64,000 bases of DNA from Escherichia coli (GCF_045037415.1 NZ_CP173438.1); one strand, 5' to 3'. Positions 1-12,850 are shown, counted from the stretch's first letter. Notes: a model not told the origin generated them from the letters alone. Program-made: numbers and translations.

Positions 1-476
1 TCGGCGTAATAGATATCGTTAATGGGCGTGACGATGATTCGCTCATCTTTCACCAGATTAATGGTGTCATTCTCACGCGTTACCGTCGCGGCAGGCGTAC
101 TGCTGGTCTGCTGTTGTTGCCAGGCTGCTTCCAGTTTTTGCAGCATCCCGGTAATGCGTGACTCCTGATACGGTTTGAGAATGTAGTCAAACGCCTCCAG
201 TTCAAACGCTTCTACCGCATGTTCTTTCCACGCGGTGATAAACACAATAAACGGTTTATGGGCGAACTGGCTGATGTTTTGTGCCAGCAACACACCATCC
301 AGCGACGGAATATTGATATCCAGAAAAATGGCGTCGACGCGGTTATGCTGCAAAAACTTCAACACGTCCAGACCGTCGTCAAAGGTGCCGACAATCTCCA
401 TCTGGCTGTGCTCTTTAATTAGCCAGCTCAGTTCCTGTTGTGCCAGGAATTCGTCTTCAACAATGATGACTTTCAC
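1..476 (-). CDS. ypdB: LytTR-family response regulator YpdB, 3' end truncated by window edge; GTG start at 474-476
   Basis: Reverse-complement translation gives MKVIIVEDEF... and ...LVKDERIIVTPINDIYYA, matching YpdB from memory; sits directly downstream of ypdA on the same strand. Confidence 0.85.
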   Translation of the reverse strand, partial: MKVIIVEDEFLAQQELSWLIKEHSQMEIVGTFDDGLDVLKFLQHNRVDAIFLDINIPSLDGVLLAQNISQFAHKPFIVFITAWKEHAVEAFELEAFDYILKPYQESRITGMLQKLEAAWQQQQTSSTPAATVTRENDTINLVKDERIIVTPINDIYYA

Positions 477-490
477 AATATCACTCCGGC

Positions 491-2188
491 TCAAAGCAAT
501 AAGGTAGCCTGTGAGGCGACTGGGGTGCGTTGGTTAGGAATGTAAAACGCAATTTCCGTTCCTGGTTCCAGGCGGCGGATATGCAGCCCCTCGCCATACA
601 ATAACTTCACGCGATGATGGACATTCAGCAGGCCAATTTTATTGCCCGGCATTTCGTTCGCTTCGACCCGCTCAATCACCTTTGGATCGATGCCGTGCCC
701 GGTATCTCGCACCGCAATGCGTACCCGATTACCGCACTCAGCAACGCTGATGGTGACAACGCCTTTACCTTTGCAAGGCTGGATACCGTGGACAATGGCG
801 TTTTCCACCAACGGCTGGATCAGCAGGCTGGGAATGCAGCAATTCACCTCTTCATCAATATCATAGATAACCGTCAGCTTGTCGCCAAAGCGGGCCTGCT
901 CAATGGCAATATAGTCTTTAATTTGATACAGCTCTTTTTTGATATCGATTTGCTCATCGTCTTTTAATTCAATGTTATAGCGCAGATAGCGCGACAAATT
1001 AAAGATCAGCTGGCGAGCAGTATCCGGATTCAGACGGATTGACGATGAAATAGCGTTCAAAGCGTTAAACAGGAAATGGGGATTAATTTTGCTTTGCAGG
1101 GCGCGAAGCTCTGCCTTATTTGCCATTTCACGTAGCTGCTCGGCGCGTGACACCTCAAGTTGCGTGGAGATGATTTGTGACAGACCGACCGCCATTTCCT
1201 GTAATGACGAGGTTATCTGATGCGCGTGGCAGTAGTAAATTTTCAGCGTTCCGGTCACAACGCCTTTCTCCCACAATGGGATCACCAGCATGGAATGAAT
1301 CTCTGGTGTGCGGTGGGCTTCATCATTGTTTTTAATGATGATTTTCCCGTAATTCATCGCCTGACGGGTAGTCGGGCTAATGAAGTCATCGCCATTCTGA
1401 TAGTTATGTTCACCCACGCCAACGTAGGCCAGCACATGATCGGTATTAGTCATCGCCACCGCATCGGCGTGAATGTCATCGCGGATAATTTCGCAGACCT
1501 TGCGTAATGACTCGCTATTGACATGGCGAAACAGCGGCAGCGTTTTGTTGGCGATATCCAGCGCCAGCTTGGCCTGCCGCGCGGCGCTGGCCTCTTTTTC
1601 TCCCTCAACACTTTGTACCAGCAACACAATAAAGCCGATACAGACGCTGCCGAGGATCATTGGAATCCCGATTTTAGAGACGATATCGATCCCCAATGCG
1701 GTAGTTGGTGCCCAGACAATCACCAGAATCATGGTCAACGTTTCACACAACATGCCGCCGAGAATACCGACGCGCCAGCGCTGTGCTTTGGGGATTTTCA
1801 GGTTGATCCAGCCCGATATACAACCCGCCAGAATGCTGGTGATAAAGCAGGGGATCGCCGTCACGCCGCCGATGTCAATTAAATAACGGTGAATACCCGC
1901 AATCACGCCGGTAATGATGCCCACCCACGGGCCAAACAGAATCCCGCCTGACATCACCGCGATAATACGTACGTTCACCAGCGAGCCTTCTACGGGAACG
2001 CCGGACCAGGTGCTGAACAGGGCGAACAGCGAGAAAATGGCGGTAACGGCGAGCAACTCTTTTGGGGAGTGCGCCGACTTGTGCAACAGTTCGCGAAACA
2101 GGCGGATACGGATGAGAAAGAACAGGCAGATAAGCATTAACGCTGCCCGATCGAAGACCGCCAGCAGCATGTTGAATATTTCGTGCAC
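491..2188 (-). CDS. ypdA: LytS-type sensor histidine kinase YpdA (565 aa)
   Basis: ORF track 565 aa, [24 protein letters not shown]...; multi-TM N-terminus, GAF and His-kinase region; matches YpdA. Confidence 0.9.
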   Translation of the reverse strand: MHEIFNMLLAVFDRAALMLICLFFLIRIRLFRELLHKSAHSPKELLAVTAIFSLFALFSTWSGVPVEGSLVNVRIIAVMSGGILFGPWVGIITGVIAGIHRYLIDIGGVTAIPCFITSILAGCISGWINLKIPKAQRWRVGILGGMLCETLTMILVIVWAPTTALGIDIVSKIGIPMILGSVCIGFIVLLVQSVEGEKEASAARQAKLALDIANKTLPLFRHVNSESLRKVCEIIRDDIHADAVAMTNTDHVLAYVGVGEHNYQNGDDFISPTTRQAMNYGKIIIKNNDEAHRTPEIHSMLVIPLWEKGVVTGTLKIYYCHAHQITSSLQEMAVGLSQIISTQLEVSRAEQLREMANKAELRALQSKINPHFLFNALNAISSSIRLNPDTARQLIFNLSRYLRYNIELKDDEQIDIKKELYQIKDYIAIEQARFGDKLTVIYDIDEEVNCCIPSLLIQPLVENAIVHGIQPCKGKGVVTISVAECGNRVRIAVRDTGHGIDPKVIERVEANEMPGNKIGLLNVHHRVKLLYGEGLHIRRLEPGTEIAFYIPNQRTPVASQATLLL

Positions 2189-2564
2189 GGGTGACTCTGA
2201 ATAAGGATTAAACCTCTATGATAGGTAACCTGAAGGCTGATGACCAGCAGGCCTTTTTTGAGGAAAAACCACAATTTTAAAAGGGGATTGAAAGATAAAT
2301 GGTGTATTAGCAATGCATCTCTTGATAATGCACATCTTGTTGGTAAATTTATTGAAATTATAATGTTAATAAAATGAGTGGTAATTTTCTTGTTAGCGTA
2401 GATAAATTTCCTGTTTTTGAAGTGGAGTTCCTCATTTAAAGCCATTGATAAAAATGTTCTAAAACGCTGGACAGACAGAAATTAATCAGGCTATTTTCAA
2501 AACAGCCACCATCGTGGCAGCGTCGCTCGGACGGTCCGGGCGCTAACGTTAATCTGAGGAAATT

Positions 2565-3803
2565 ATGGCTGACACTCGCCCTGAACGTCGCTTTACGCGC
2601 ATTGATCGTCTCCCGCCCTACGTTTTTAACATTACCGCTGAACTGAAAATGGCTGCGCGTCGGCGCGGCGAAGATATTATCGATTTCAGTATGGGTAACC
2701 CGGACGGTGCGACTCCGCCGCATATCGTCGAAAAATTATGTACGGTGGCCCAGCGCCCGGACACGCATGGTTACTCCACTTCACGCGGCATTCCGCGGTT
2801 ACGTCGCGCCATTTCCCGCTGGTATCAGGATCGCTACGACGTTGAAATCGACCCGGAATCAGAAGCCATCGTCACTATTGGTTCGAAAGAGGGGCTGGCG
2901 CACCTGATGCTGGCGACGCTGGATCATGGTGACACAGTGCTGGTGCCGAATCCAAGCTACCCCATTCATATTTACGGCGCGGTGATTGCCGGGGCGCAGG
3001 TACGCTCAGTGCCGCTGGTGGAAGGTGTCGACTTCTTCAATGAACTGGAGCGCGCCATTCGTGAAAGTTATCCGAAACCGAAGATGATGATCCTCGGCTT
3101 CCCGTCAAACCCAACCGCGCAATGCGTGGAACTGGAATTCTTTGAGAAGGTTGTGGCGCTGGCTAAACGCTACGATGTGCTGGTGGTCCACGACCTGGCC
3201 TATGCCGATATCGTCTACGATGGCTGGAAAGCGCCGTCAATCATGCAGGTGCCGGGCGCACGCGACGTGGCGGTCGAGTTCTTTACGCTGTCGAAAAGCT
3301 ACAACATGGCGGGCTGGCGTATCGGCTTTATGGTCGGTAACAAAACGCTGGTCAGCGCGTTGGCACGTATTAAAAGCTATCACGATTACGGCACCTTTAC
3401 GCCGTTGCAGGTGGCGGCTATTGCGGCGCTGGAGGGCGATCAACAGTGCGTGCGCGATATTGCCGAACAGTACAAACGCCGCCGCGATGTGCTGGTGAAA
3501 GGGCTGCATGAAGCGGGCTGGATGGTCGAAATGCCTAAGGCTTCGATGTATGTCTGGGCGAAAATCCCGGAACCGTATGCTGCCATGGGCTCGCTGGAAT
3601 TTGCCAAGAAATTGCTTAACGAAGCGAAGGTCTGTGTCTCTCCAGGGATTGGCTTTGGCGACTACGGCGACACGCATGTGCGCTTTGCACTGATTGAAAA
3701 CCGCGACCGTATTCGTCAGGCGATTCGTGGGATTAAAGCGATGTTCCGTGCCGACGGTTTACTACCCGCCAGCAGCAAACATATTCACGAAAACGCGGAA
3801 TAA
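2565..3803 (+). CDS. alaC: Glutamate-pyruvate aminotransferase AlaC (412 aa)
   Basis: ORF 412 aa [21 protein letters not shown]...; aminotransferase class I pattern incl. [12 protein letters not shown]. Confidence 0.9.
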   Translation: MADTRPERRFTRIDRLPPYVFNITAELKMAARRRGEDIIDFSMGNPDGATPPHIVEKLCTVAQRPDTHGYSTSRGIPRLRRAISRWYQDRYDVEIDPESEAIVTIGSKEGLAHLMLATLDHGDTVLVPNPSYPIHIYGAVIAGAQVRSVPLVEGVDFFNELERAIRESYPKPKMMILGFPSNPTAQCVELEFFEKVVALAKRYDVLVVHDLAYADIVYDGWKAPSIMQVPGARDVAVEFFTLSKSYNMAGWRIGFMVGNKTLVSALARIKSYHDYGTFTPLQVAAIAALEGDQQCVRDIAEQYKRRRDVLVKGLHEAGWMVEMPKASMYVWAKIPEPYAAMGSLEFAKKLLNEAKVCVSPGIGFGDYGDTHVRFALIENRDRIRQAIRGIKAMFRADGLLPASSKHIHENAE

Positions 3804-3822
3804 ACGCCTTCGCCAGAAATGC

Positions 3823-3851
3823 AAACAGGAGCCTAATGGCTCCTGTTTTTC
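3823..3851. terminator. Rho-independent hairpin between convergent alaC and ypdK
   Basis: Inverted repeat AAACAGGAGCC / GGCTCCTGTTT with TAAT loop, followed by T-run. Confidence 0.6.
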
Positions 3852-3867
3852 ATTGCACAGTTTGCTT

Positions 3868-3939
3868 TTAGATCATCAGGGCAAAAGTACCGGCCCAAAC
3901 GATGACCATAAAAGAAATGCCCATAAAGAAATATTTCAC
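3868..3939 (-). CDS. ypdK: Small membrane protein YpdK (23 aa), GTG start
   Basis: Reverse complement translates to (M)KYFFMGISFMVIVWAGTFALMI*, matching YpdK from memory; not in ORF track because below its length cutoff. Confidence 0.5.
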   Translation of the reverse strand: MKYFFMGISFMVIVWAGTFALMI

Positions 3940-4295
3940 TTTACATCTCTCCGCGTAATTACTGTTACGCCTGAATGACTTCATTACACCTGATACAGTG
4001 AGTTGACACCGGGCAAAACGACCTTAAACGTCCTGTATTTTACCGTGGGCATCATCCCAGAATTCTGAGCTAAACTGCTCGAGACGGCGCTAATGTACGC
4101 CTAAAACTGAAACGAGACAAGAGGCATTTTCTTATTTACTTTTAGTAACTTACAGGTGTCTCATATCGGCGACAGTTTAATTTCTGACGGTAATAATTAG
4201 ATATTCAGCGAAGGAAAAAACCTTAAGAAAAAAAGCCATAAAAACCATGAGGTTATTATGGCTGATTTGAGGAGGGAAAGAGTGAGAGCCGTTTG

Positions 4296-5216
4296 TTAAA
4301 TGTATAACGACGATTCACCCACCGGGCGCGTTTTAAAGCGACGGTGTATCCAGAGGTACTGCTCCGGTGCGCGCATGATCTCTTTCTCGATAATCTTGTT
4401 CATATAGGCAGCGGCTTGATTTTCATCTGTCGGGTAGCCTTCCATCTCTGGGGTGATGTACAAACGATATCCGCTGTAATCCGCTTTTCTTACCATCGTT
4501 ACGGTCAACATGGCTGCGCCAGAGAGACGAGAGAGGACATAGGTGCCATTGGTTGTGGCGACATTTTCCACCGCAAAGAACGGCGCGAAGGAGCTGCCTT
4601 TACGACCATAATCCTGATCGGGAGCAAACCATACCGCTTCACCTTTCTTCAGTGCACTGACAATGCCGCGCAGATTATTTCTGCCGATCATCGCTTTGTT
4701 AGAGCGCATGCGACCACGGGTCTGGACCCATTCCATCAGCTGATTATTATGCGGGCGATAGGTGGCCATCATTGGTTGGCAAAGTCCCATCACCCGACCG
4801 CCCAGTTCCAGCGACATAAAATGGACGCCGACAACCATTACGCCGCGATTTTGCATTTGTGCGCGTTTAAGGTTATCCAGCCCTTCCACATCAAACCATT
4901 TACGTACGCGACTGTCGGGCCAGAACCACGCCATGCCGGTTTCTACCAGCGCCATGCCGAGTGAACGAAAGTTTTCGGCAATCATCTTCTCGCGCTCTTC
5001 CGCAGAATGCTGCGGGAAACAAAGTTCCAGGTTTTTACGGGCGATAGATTCACGACGTTTCAGGAATGGTCGCGCCATTGTGCCGATACGCGTGCCGAGA
5101 AAGCAGAGAACAGGATAAGGAAGCTGTACCCAAAGCCAGAGTACACCAAGCCCAAACCACGTGAGCCAGTAGCGAGGATGCAGAAACTCGCGGGAAAATT
5201 TGCATTTTGGAAACAT
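4296..5216 (-). CDS. lpxP: Lipid A palmitoleoyl acyltransferase LpxP (306 aa)
   Basis: ORF 328 aa; trimmed to internal Met giving MFPKCKFSREFLHPRYWLTWFG..., the LpxP/LpxL-family N-terminus. Confidence 0.85.
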   Translation of the reverse strand: MFPKCKFSREFLHPRYWLTWFGLGVLWLWVQLPYPVLCFLGTRIGTMARPFLKRRESIARKNLELCFPQHSAEEREKMIAENFRSLGMALVETGMAWFWPDSRVRKWFDVEGLDNLKRAQMQNRGVMVVGVHFMSLELGGRVMGLCQPMMATYRPHNNQLMEWVQTRGRMRSNKAMIGRNNLRGIVSALKKGEAVWFAPDQDYGRKGSSFAPFFAVENVATTNGTYVLSRLSGAAMLTVTMVRKADYSGYRLYITPEMEGYPTDENQAAAYMNKIIEKEIMRAPEQYLWIHRRFKTRPVGESSLYI

Positions 5217-5568
5217 AGTTACCTTCTGTAGATACGAATTGTTGTATCGCAGAAGATTCCATGTCGACAGCGGTACACTCAATTGATTAGGCCATCATGT
5301 ACGACAATGGTTCCTGTAAAGAGTGTAAAGACTAGTCAGGACATAACCACGAGGAGCATGAATGCGGTATCTGTACTTTATCACTCGCTGACTGCTTTCA
5401 GCTACTGATTATTAATCGTGCAAAGTAAATATTTTTCCGTACGTAACAGTCTTGCATTTAACATGCTGTTTTGATTGATGCTTAGCAAAAATTGCCAGAG
5501 GTTAAGGATTGTCTTACTATTAAAGTGACTGAAGTTACAGGTTTTTTAGCGCGGCAGGAGGTTGAGCT

Positions 5569-5811
5569 ATGATTTATTTATGGATGTTTCTCGCCCTGTG
5601 TATTGTCTGCGTAAGCGGATACATCGGTCAGGTACTGAACATGGTATCGGCGATCTCTTCTTTCTTCGGCATGGTGATCCTCGCTGCACTCATTTATTAC
5701 TTCACCATGTGGTTAACTGGCGGTAATGAACTGGTGACGGGGATATTTATGTTTCTTGCCCCGGCTTGTGGCTTGATGATTCGCTTTATGGTGGGGTATG
5801 GCAGGCGATAG
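5569..5811 (+). CDS. yfdY: Inner-membrane protein YfdY (80 aa)
   Basis: ORF MIYLWMFLALCIVCVSGYIGQ..., two predicted TM helices; matches YfdY. Confidence 0.8.
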   Translation: MIYLWMFLALCIVCVSGYIGQVLNMVSAISSFFGMVILAALIYYFTMWLTGGNELVTGIFMFLAPACGLMIRFMVGYGRR

Positions 5812-5887
5812 TGGGTCAGGATGGCTCATTTGGGCAGGTGTTCACATCAGCATCAGACATGATTGTTCACCTGCCAGGTGACAGACG

Positions 5888-6163
5888 CTATCGCAAAGGA
5901 TGAATGAGATAATTCGCCTTTGTCGGATAAGTAGGCGTGATGTCTTCTGTGAGGTTTAATGGTGGTGCATCTTCTCTCATCTTAAACAAAATCGCCTGTG
6001 ATGGCTGAAGTTTTGTAGAATGCGTTGTCGTCATCACTGACGTTTTTTCTGTCTCTTTATAGCTCGCCTCACTACCACCACCAGAAATAGAAAATGCAAA
6101 AACATTGCATGCCATAATAGAGACAAATAAAAATAAGCTAAAAAGCATTAAGTTTACTTTCAT
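5888..6163 (-). CDS. ypdI: Small putative lipoprotein YpdI (91 aa)
   Basis: ORF MKVNLMLFSLFLFVSIMACNVFA..., signal peptide with lipobox-like Cys. Confidence 0.75.
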   Translation of the reverse strand: MKVNLMLFSLFLFVSIMACNVFAFSISGGGSEASYKETEKTSVMTTTHSTKLQPSQAILFKMREDAPPLNLTEDITPTYPTKANYLIHPLR

Positions 6164-6457
6164 AGAAAATATCCTGGAAATGGTTCACTGAAAACCTACG
6201 ATGTTATGGCTGTATTTATATTTAATTAATCAGTATTTACATCGATATAATAAATGACATATCTTTGTGGTATATAAGAATAGTTCTCTGCGACAGGAAG
6301 CAGATTCCTACAACTGTAAGACTAAAAGCGGCTTTGCGATAATAACTACAGTTGTAAGATAACCCTTTCAAAATGACCGTTGCTCTCTGATTTCTCATTT
6401 CATGCTCACCCAATATGATGGCGGCGTTTTCTAAAACTGTTAAAGAATGAGGTAAGT

Positions 6458-7090
6458 ATGAAACGTTTAATTATGGCTACGATGGTCACAGCAATTCTGG
6501 CATCTTCAACTGTATGGGCTGCTGATAATGCACCGGTAGCGGCACAACAGCAAACTCAGCAAGTTAAGCAAACCCAGAAAACGGCAGCAGCAGAGCGTAT
6601 CTCTGAACAAGGTTTATATGCGATGCGTGACGTGCAGGTAGCGCGCCTGGCTCTGTTTCATGGCGATCCAGAAAAGGCAAAAGAACTGACCAATGAAGCT
6701 TCCGCTTTGCTGTCAGATGATAGTACCGAATGGGCAAAGTTCGCTAAGCCAGGTAAAAAGACCAACGTCAATGATGACCAATATATTGTCATTAATGCAT
6801 CTGTCGGAATTTCTGAGAGTTATGTAGCGACACCCGAAAAAGAAGCCGCGATAAAAATTGCCAACGAAAAAATGGCGAAAGGGGATAAAAAGGGCGCAAT
6901 GGAAGAGCTGCGCCTGGCCGGTGTTGGCGTAATGGAAAACCAATATCTGATGCCGCTCAAACAGACTCGTAATGCACTTGCTGATGCGCAGAAACTGCTT
7001 GATAAAAAGCAATACTACGAGGCAAACCTGGCGCTTAAAGGTGCGGAAGATGGAATCATCGTTGATAGCGAAGCACTGTTTGTGAACTAA
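6458..7090 (+). CDS. yfdX: Periplasmic protein YfdX (210 aa), EvgA-regulated acid-resistance island
   Basis: [35 protein letters not shown]... with signal peptide; matches YfdX. Confidence 0.85.
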   Translation: MKRLIMATMVTAILASSTVWAADNAPVAAQQQTQQVKQTQKTAAAERISEQGLYAMRDVQVARLALFHGDPEKAKELTNEASALLSDDSTEWAKFAKPGKKTNVNDDQYIVINASVGISESYVATPEKEAAIKIANEKMAKGDKKGAMEELRLAGVGVMENQYLMPLKQTRNALADAQKLLDKKQYYEANLALKGAEDGIIVDSEALFVN

Positions 7091-7601
7091 ACCTGACAGG
7101 CAATATATTGAGGTAAAGGATTTAACTCCCTCCAGCCGACAATTTTTTATGACCACAATACGACAGGTTGTGGTCATAAAATTATTTGGCGCTCGCGGTT
7201 CTATATACTCGCATTTTATCTTCCTCAAAGTAAACCGCAATAATCCCATATTATCACAAATCATTTATTATGTTATATTTTATGGTACGCTTTAAATAGT
7301 GTAATCATAACCTTACTTGTAAATCACTGACACTTCTTACAGTTGTAAGAATAACATCACAAATGTCGCGGCTCTCTCTGATTACCGCGAACCAATATTT
7401 ATTATATTCTTCTTTTCGTCCTCACTACTTACCATGCAGAAAGGAATTGGAAGTAGCGATGAAATGATTTTCAGCACTTGATACAGGAATTTAAAAATAT
7501 CGAGTGCAGCTACGACGATATTTTGCAGATTATTTATAGAGGCGTTATGCCTTAAATAAACGCTAAATTAACACATATTTAATTAACTAATAGGTATTGC
7601 T

Positions 7602-8852
7602 ATGTCAACTCCACTTCAAGGAATTAAAGTTCTCGATTTCACCGGTGTGCAATCTGGCCCATCTTGTACTCAAATGCTGGCCTGGTTTGGCGCTGACGTC
7701 ATTAAAATTGAACGTCCCGGCGTTGGTGACGTAACGCGCCACCAGCTGCGAGATATTCCTGATATCGATGCGCTTTACTTCACCATGCTTAACAGTAACA
7801 AACGTTCTATTGAATTAAATACCAAAACAGCGGAAGGCAAAGAGGTAATGGAAAAGCTGATCCGCGAAGCTGATATCTTAGTCGAGAACTTTCATCCAGG
7901 GGCCATTGATCATATGGGCTTCACCTGGGAGCATATTCAAGAAATCAATCCACGTCTGATTTTTGGTTCGATCAAAGGGTTTGATGAGTGTTCGCCTTAT
8001 GTGAATGTAAAAGCCTATGAAAACGTTGCTCAGGCAGCGGGTGGCGCGGCATCTACTACAGGTTTTTGGGACGGTCCGCCGCTGGTAAGCGCTGCAGCGT
8101 TGGGTGACAGCAACACCGGAATGCATTTGCTGATCGGTTTACTTGCTGCTTTGCTGCATCGCGAAAAAACGGGGCGTGGGCAACGAGTGACCATGTCAAT
8201 GCAGGATGCCGTGTTGAACCTTTGCCGCGTGAAATTACGCGACCAGCAGCGTCTCGATAAATTGGGTTATCTGGAAGAATACCCGCAGTATCCGAATGGC
8301 ACATTTGGTGATGCAGTTCCCCGCGGTGGTAATGCGGGTGGTGGTGGTCAGCCTGGCTGGATCCTGAAATGTAAAGGCTGGGAAACCGATCCTAACGCCT
8401 ATATTTATTTCACTATTCAGGAGCAAAACTGGGAAAACACCTGTAAAGCCATCGGCAAACCAGAATGGATTACCGATCCGGCATACAGTACAGCCCATGC
8501 CCGACAGCCACATATTTTCGATATTTTTGCTGAAATCGAAAAATACACTGTCACTATTGATAAACATGAAGCTGTGGCCTATTTGACTCAGTTTGATATT
8601 CCTTGCGCACCGGTTTTAAGTATGAAAGAAATTTCACTTGATCCCTCTTTGCGCCAAAGTGGCAGTGTTGTCGAAGTGGAACAACCGTTGCGTGGAAAAT
8701 ATCTGACAGTTGGTTGTCCAATGAAATTCTCTGCCTTTACGCCGGATATTAAAGCTGCGCCGCTATTAGGTGAACATACCGCTGCTGTATTGCAGGAGCT
8801 GGGTTATAGCGACGATGAAATTGCTGCAATGAAGCAAAACCACGCCATCTGA
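7602..8852 (+). CDS. frc: Formyl-CoA:oxalate CoA-transferase Frc (416 aa)
   Basis: ORF 416 aa [40 protein letters not shown]..., family III CoA-transferase signature. Confidence 0.9.
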
Positions 8853-8905
8853 TATTAACGGGGGCTTCTGGCTCCCAATTTATAAAAATTTCGAGGTTAT
8901 TAATC

Positions 8906-10600
8906 ATGTCAGATCAACTTCAAATGACAGATGGTATGCATATCATCGTTGAAGCATTAAAACAGAATAATATTGACACTATTTATGGTGTTGTAGGTAT
9001 TCCTGTGACGGATATGGCGCGCCATGCCCAGGCGGAAGGCATTCGTTATATTGGTTTTCGTCATGAGCAGTCGGCAGGTTATGCCGCTGCAGCAAGCGGT
9101 TTTCTTACCCAAAAACCAGGGATCTGCCTGACAGTGTCTGCGCCAGGATTCCTCAACGGTTTGACCGCATTGGCCAATGCAACGGTAAATGGTTTTCCGA
9201 TGATCATGATTAGCGGCTCCAGCGACCGCGCGATCGTCGATCTCCAGCAAGGTGATTATGAAGAGCTGGACCAAATGAATGCGGCAAAACCGTATGCCAA
9301 AGCAGCATTTCGCGTTAATCAGCCGCAGGATCTTGGCATTGCATTGGCACGCGCTATCCGGGTCTCAGTATCGGGTCGTCCTGGCGGTGTTTATCTTGAT
9401 TTGCCAGCAAATGTCCTGGCCGCGACGATGGAAAAAGACGAAGCGTTAACCACGATTGTTAAAGTTGAAAATCCGTCGCCAGCATTATTGCCATGCCCGA
9501 AGTCAGTCACTAGCGCAATTTCGCTTTTAGCAAAAGCTGAACGACCATTAATTATTCTTGGCAAAGGCGCGGCGTATTCACAATCTGATGAACAGCTTCG
9601 TGAATTTATTGAAAGTGCCCAGATTCCATTCCTGCCAATGTCTATGGCGAAAGGGATCCTCGAAGATACGCATCCACTCTCTGCGGCAGCTGCGCGTTCG
9701 TTTGCCCTGGCAAATGCTGACGTTGTCATGCTTGTTGGTGCACGACTGAATTGGTTACTGGCACACGGTAAAAAAGGATGGGCGGCAGATACACAGTTTA
9801 TTCAACTGGATATTGAACCGCAGGAAATTGACAGCAACCGCCCCATTGCTGTGCCAGTCGTTGGCGATATTGCATCCAGTATGCAAGGTATGCTGGCAGA
9901 ATTGAAACAAAACACATTTACGACTCCACTGGTGTGGCGTGATATTTTAAATATCCACAAGCAGCAAAATGCACAAAAAATGCATGAAAAGTTAAGTACA
10001 GATACCCAACCATTAAATTACTTTAATGCATTGAGTGCCGTGCGCGATGTTTTGCGCGAGAACCAGGATATTTATTTAGTTAATGAAGGGGCAAATACCC
10101 TGGATAATGCACGAAATATTATTGATATGTATAAACCACGTCGTCGTCTGGATTGTGGCACTTGGGGTGTCATGGGCATCGGTATGGGCTATGCCATCGG
10201 TGCTAGCGTGACCTCTGGTTCTCCGGTTGTCGCTATTGAAGGTGATAGTGCTTTTGGTTTCAGTGGGATGGAGATTGAAACGATTTGTCGATATAACCTG
10301 CCGGTGACGATCGTTATTTTTAATAATGGCGGCATCTACAGAGGAGACGGTGTTGACCTCAGCGGCGCTGGTGCACCATCGCCAACGGATCTGTTGCACC
10401 ATGCAAGGTATGACAAATTAATGGATGCGTTTCGTGGCGTTGGCTATAACGTCACCACGACAGATGAACTTCGTCATGCTTTAACCACCGGAATTCAGTC
10501 GCGCAAACCGACCATTATTAATGTGGTCATCGACCCAGCAGCAGGAACTGAAAGTGGCCATATTACCAAACTTAACCCAAAACAAGTCGCTGGTAATTAA
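8906..10600 (+). CDS. oxc: Oxalyl-CoA decarboxylase Oxc (564 aa), ThDP-dependent
   Basis: ORF 564 aa MSDQLQMTDGMHIIVEALKQNNIDTIYGVVGIPV...; ThDP-enzyme pattern. Confidence 0.9.
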   Translation: MSDQLQMTDGMHIIVEALKQNNIDTIYGVVGIPVTDMARHAQAEGIRYIGFRHEQSAGYAAAASGFLTQKPGICLTVSAPGFLNGLTALANATVNGFPMIMISGSSDRAIVDLQQGDYEELDQMNAAKPYAKAAFRVNQPQDLGIALARAIRVSVSGRPGGVYLDLPANVLAATMEKDEALTTIVKVENPSPALLPCPKSVTSAISLLAKAERPLIILGKGAAYSQSDEQLREFIESAQIPFLPMSMAKGILEDTHPLSAAAARSFALANADVVMLVGARLNWLLAHGKKGWAADTQFIQLDIEPQEIDSNRPIAVPVVGDIASSMQGMLAELKQNTFTTPLVWRDILNIHKQQNAQKMHEKLSTDTQPLNYFNALSAVRDVLRENQDIYLVNEGANTLDNARNIIDMYKPRRRLDCGTWGVMGIGMGYAIGASVTSGSPVVAIEGDSAFGFSGMEIETICRYNLPVTIVIFNNGGIYRGDGVDLSGAGAPSPTDLLHHARYDKLMDAFRGVGYNVTTTDELRHALTTGIQSRKPTIINVVIDPAAGTESGHITKLNPKQVAGN

Positions 10601-10669
10601 ATACTGACATCGTCTCCTCTTGCCAACTTATTATGCGATGGTGAGGGGACCCTTATCGGAAATACTATT

Positions 10670-11614
10670 ATGCTAACATTTTTTATTGGCGATTTATTGC
10701 CTATTATCGTAATCATGCTGTTGGGTTATTTTAGCGGCAGACGAGAAACTTTTTCAGAAGATCAAGCCCGGGCATTTAATAAACTGGTATTAAACTACGC
10801 TCTTCCTGCGGCTCTATTTGTTTCTATTACCAGGGCAAACAGGGAAATGATTTTTGCGGACACTCGCCTGACCCTTGTATCACTTGTGGTTATTGTCGGA
10901 TGTTTCTTTTTCTCCTGGTTCGGTTGCTACAAATTTTTTAAACGTACCCATGCAGAAGCAGCAGTATGTGCATTAATTGCAGGTTCACCTACCATTGGAT
11001 TCCTGGGGTTTGCAGTTCTCGATCCTATTTATGGTGATTCCGTATCAACAGGTTTAGTGGTAGCAATTATTTCTATTATTGTTAACGCAATTACTATTCC
11101 TATTGGTCTGTATTTGCTGAATCCTTCCTCAGGAGCGGATGGTAAGAAGAATAGTAATCTGAGCGCATTAATTTCTGCGGCAAAGGAGCCAGTAGTATGG
11201 GCACCTGTTCTGGCAACGATCCTGGTGCTGGTTGGGGTAAAAATTCCGGCAGCATGGGACCCAACCTTTAATCTGATTGCGAAGGCTAACTCAGGGGTAG
11301 CGGTATTCGCTGCGGGGTTGACTCTGGCTGCACATAAATTCGAGTTCAGTGCCGAAATTGCTTATAACACTTTCCTGAAGCTGATTCTGATGCCACTGGC
11401 GCTGCTTCTCGTCGGTATGGCATGTCATTTGAATAGCGAACATTTGCAGATGATGGTACTGGCAGGCGCATTACCGCCGGCATTCTCCGGAATCATTATT
11501 GCCAGCCGGTTTAATGTCTACACCCGTACTGGTACAGCGTCATTGGCTGTGAGCGTACTGGGTTTTGTCGTCACGGCTCCTTTGTGGATTTATGTCAGTC
11601 GACTGGTTTCATAA
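10670..11614 (+). CDS. yfdV: AEC-family transporter YfdV (314 aa)
   Basis: ORF 314 aa, polytopic membrane protein, follows oxc as in the K-12 operon. Confidence 0.85.
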
Positions 11615-11687
11615 TTTATCATGTTATTGATTTTACATAAATGCCGAAGTGTCTTTTCACCTTCGGCTTTTTTCAAGGCATAAGCAA

Positions 11688-12833
11688 ATGACAAATAATG
11701 AATGCAAAGGGCCGTTTGAAGGCTTATTAGTTATCGATATGACGCATGTCCTTAATGGGCCTTTCGGAACTCAACTTCTTTGTAATATGGGCGCAAGGGT
11801 AATTAAAGTTGAGCCACCGGGTCATGGTGATGATACCCGCACATTTGGTCCCTATGTGGATGGACAGTCACTCTATTACAGTTTTATTAATCATGGCAAA
11901 GAGAGTGTGGTTCTTGATTTAAAGAATGATCACGATAAAAGTATATTTATAAATATGCTTAAACAAGCTGATGTATTAGCTGAGAATTTTCGCCCAGGTA
12001 CAATGGAAAAACTCGGGTTTTCATGGGAAAGGTTACAAGAAATCAACCCGCGCCTTATATATGCTTCATCGTCAGGTTTCGGACATACCGGTCCGCTAAA
12101 AGATGCTCCTGCCTACGATACCATCATTCAGGCAATGAGCGGGATAATGATGGAAACAGGATACCCTGATGCTCCGCCAGTGCGCGTTGGTACCTCTCTT
12201 GCGGATCTCTGTGGCGGTGTTTATTTATTCAGTGGAATAGTGAGTGCACTTTATGGCCGCGAAAAGAGCCAGAGAGGGGCGCATGTCGATATAGCGATGT
12301 TTGATGCCACTCTGAGTTTTCTGGAGCATGGACTGATGGCATATATCGCGACTGGGAAGTCACCACAACGCCTGGGAAATCGCCATCCCTACATGGCACC
12401 TTTTGATGTTTTCGATACTCAGGATAAGCCGATTACGATTTGTTGTGGTAATGACAAGCTTTTTTCTGCGTTATGCCAGGCACTGGAGCTTACGGAACTG
12501 GTTAATGATCCCCGATTTAGCAGCAATATTTTACGCGTACATAACCAGGCTATTCTTAAAGAATATATTGAGCGGACGTTAAAAACGCAGGTAGCTGAAG
12601 TTTGGTTAGCCAGAATACATGAAGTTGGTGTGCCCGTCGCGCCGTTATTAAGTGTGGCTGAGGCCATTAATTTACCACAAACTCAGGCGAGAAATATGTT
12701 GATTGAAGCCGGGGGAATAATGATGCCGGGTAATCCGATAAAAATCAGCGGCTGCGCGGACCCGCATGTTATGCCGGGAGCGGCAACGCTCGACCAGCAT
12801 GGGGAACAAATTCGCCAGGAGTTCTCATCATAA
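11688..12833 (+). CDS. yfdE: Acetyl-CoA:oxalate CoA-transferase YfdE (381 aa)
   Basis: ORF 394 aa trimmed to MTNNECKGPFEGLLVIDMTHVLNGPFG...; family III CoA-transferase. Confidence 0.85.
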   Translation: MTNNECKGPFEGLLVIDMTHVLNGPFGTQLLCNMGARVIKVEPPGHGDDTRTFGPYVDGQSLYYSFINHGKESVVLDLKNDHDKSIFINMLKQADVLAENFRPGTMEKLGFSWERLQEINPRLIYASSSGFGHTGPLKDAPAYDTIIQAMSGIMMETGYPDAPPVRVGTSLADLCGGVYLFSGIVSALYGREKSQRGAHVDIAMFDATLSFLEHGLMAYIATGKSPQRLGNRHPYMAPFDVFDTQDKPITICCGNDKLFSALCQALELTELVNDPRFSSNILRVHNQAILKEYIERTLKTQVAEVWLARIHEVGVPVAPLLSVAEAINLPQTQARNMLIEAGGIMMPGNPIKISGCADPHVMPGAATLDQHGEQIRQEFSS

Positions 12834-12850
12834 ATGTAAGATGTGCTGGT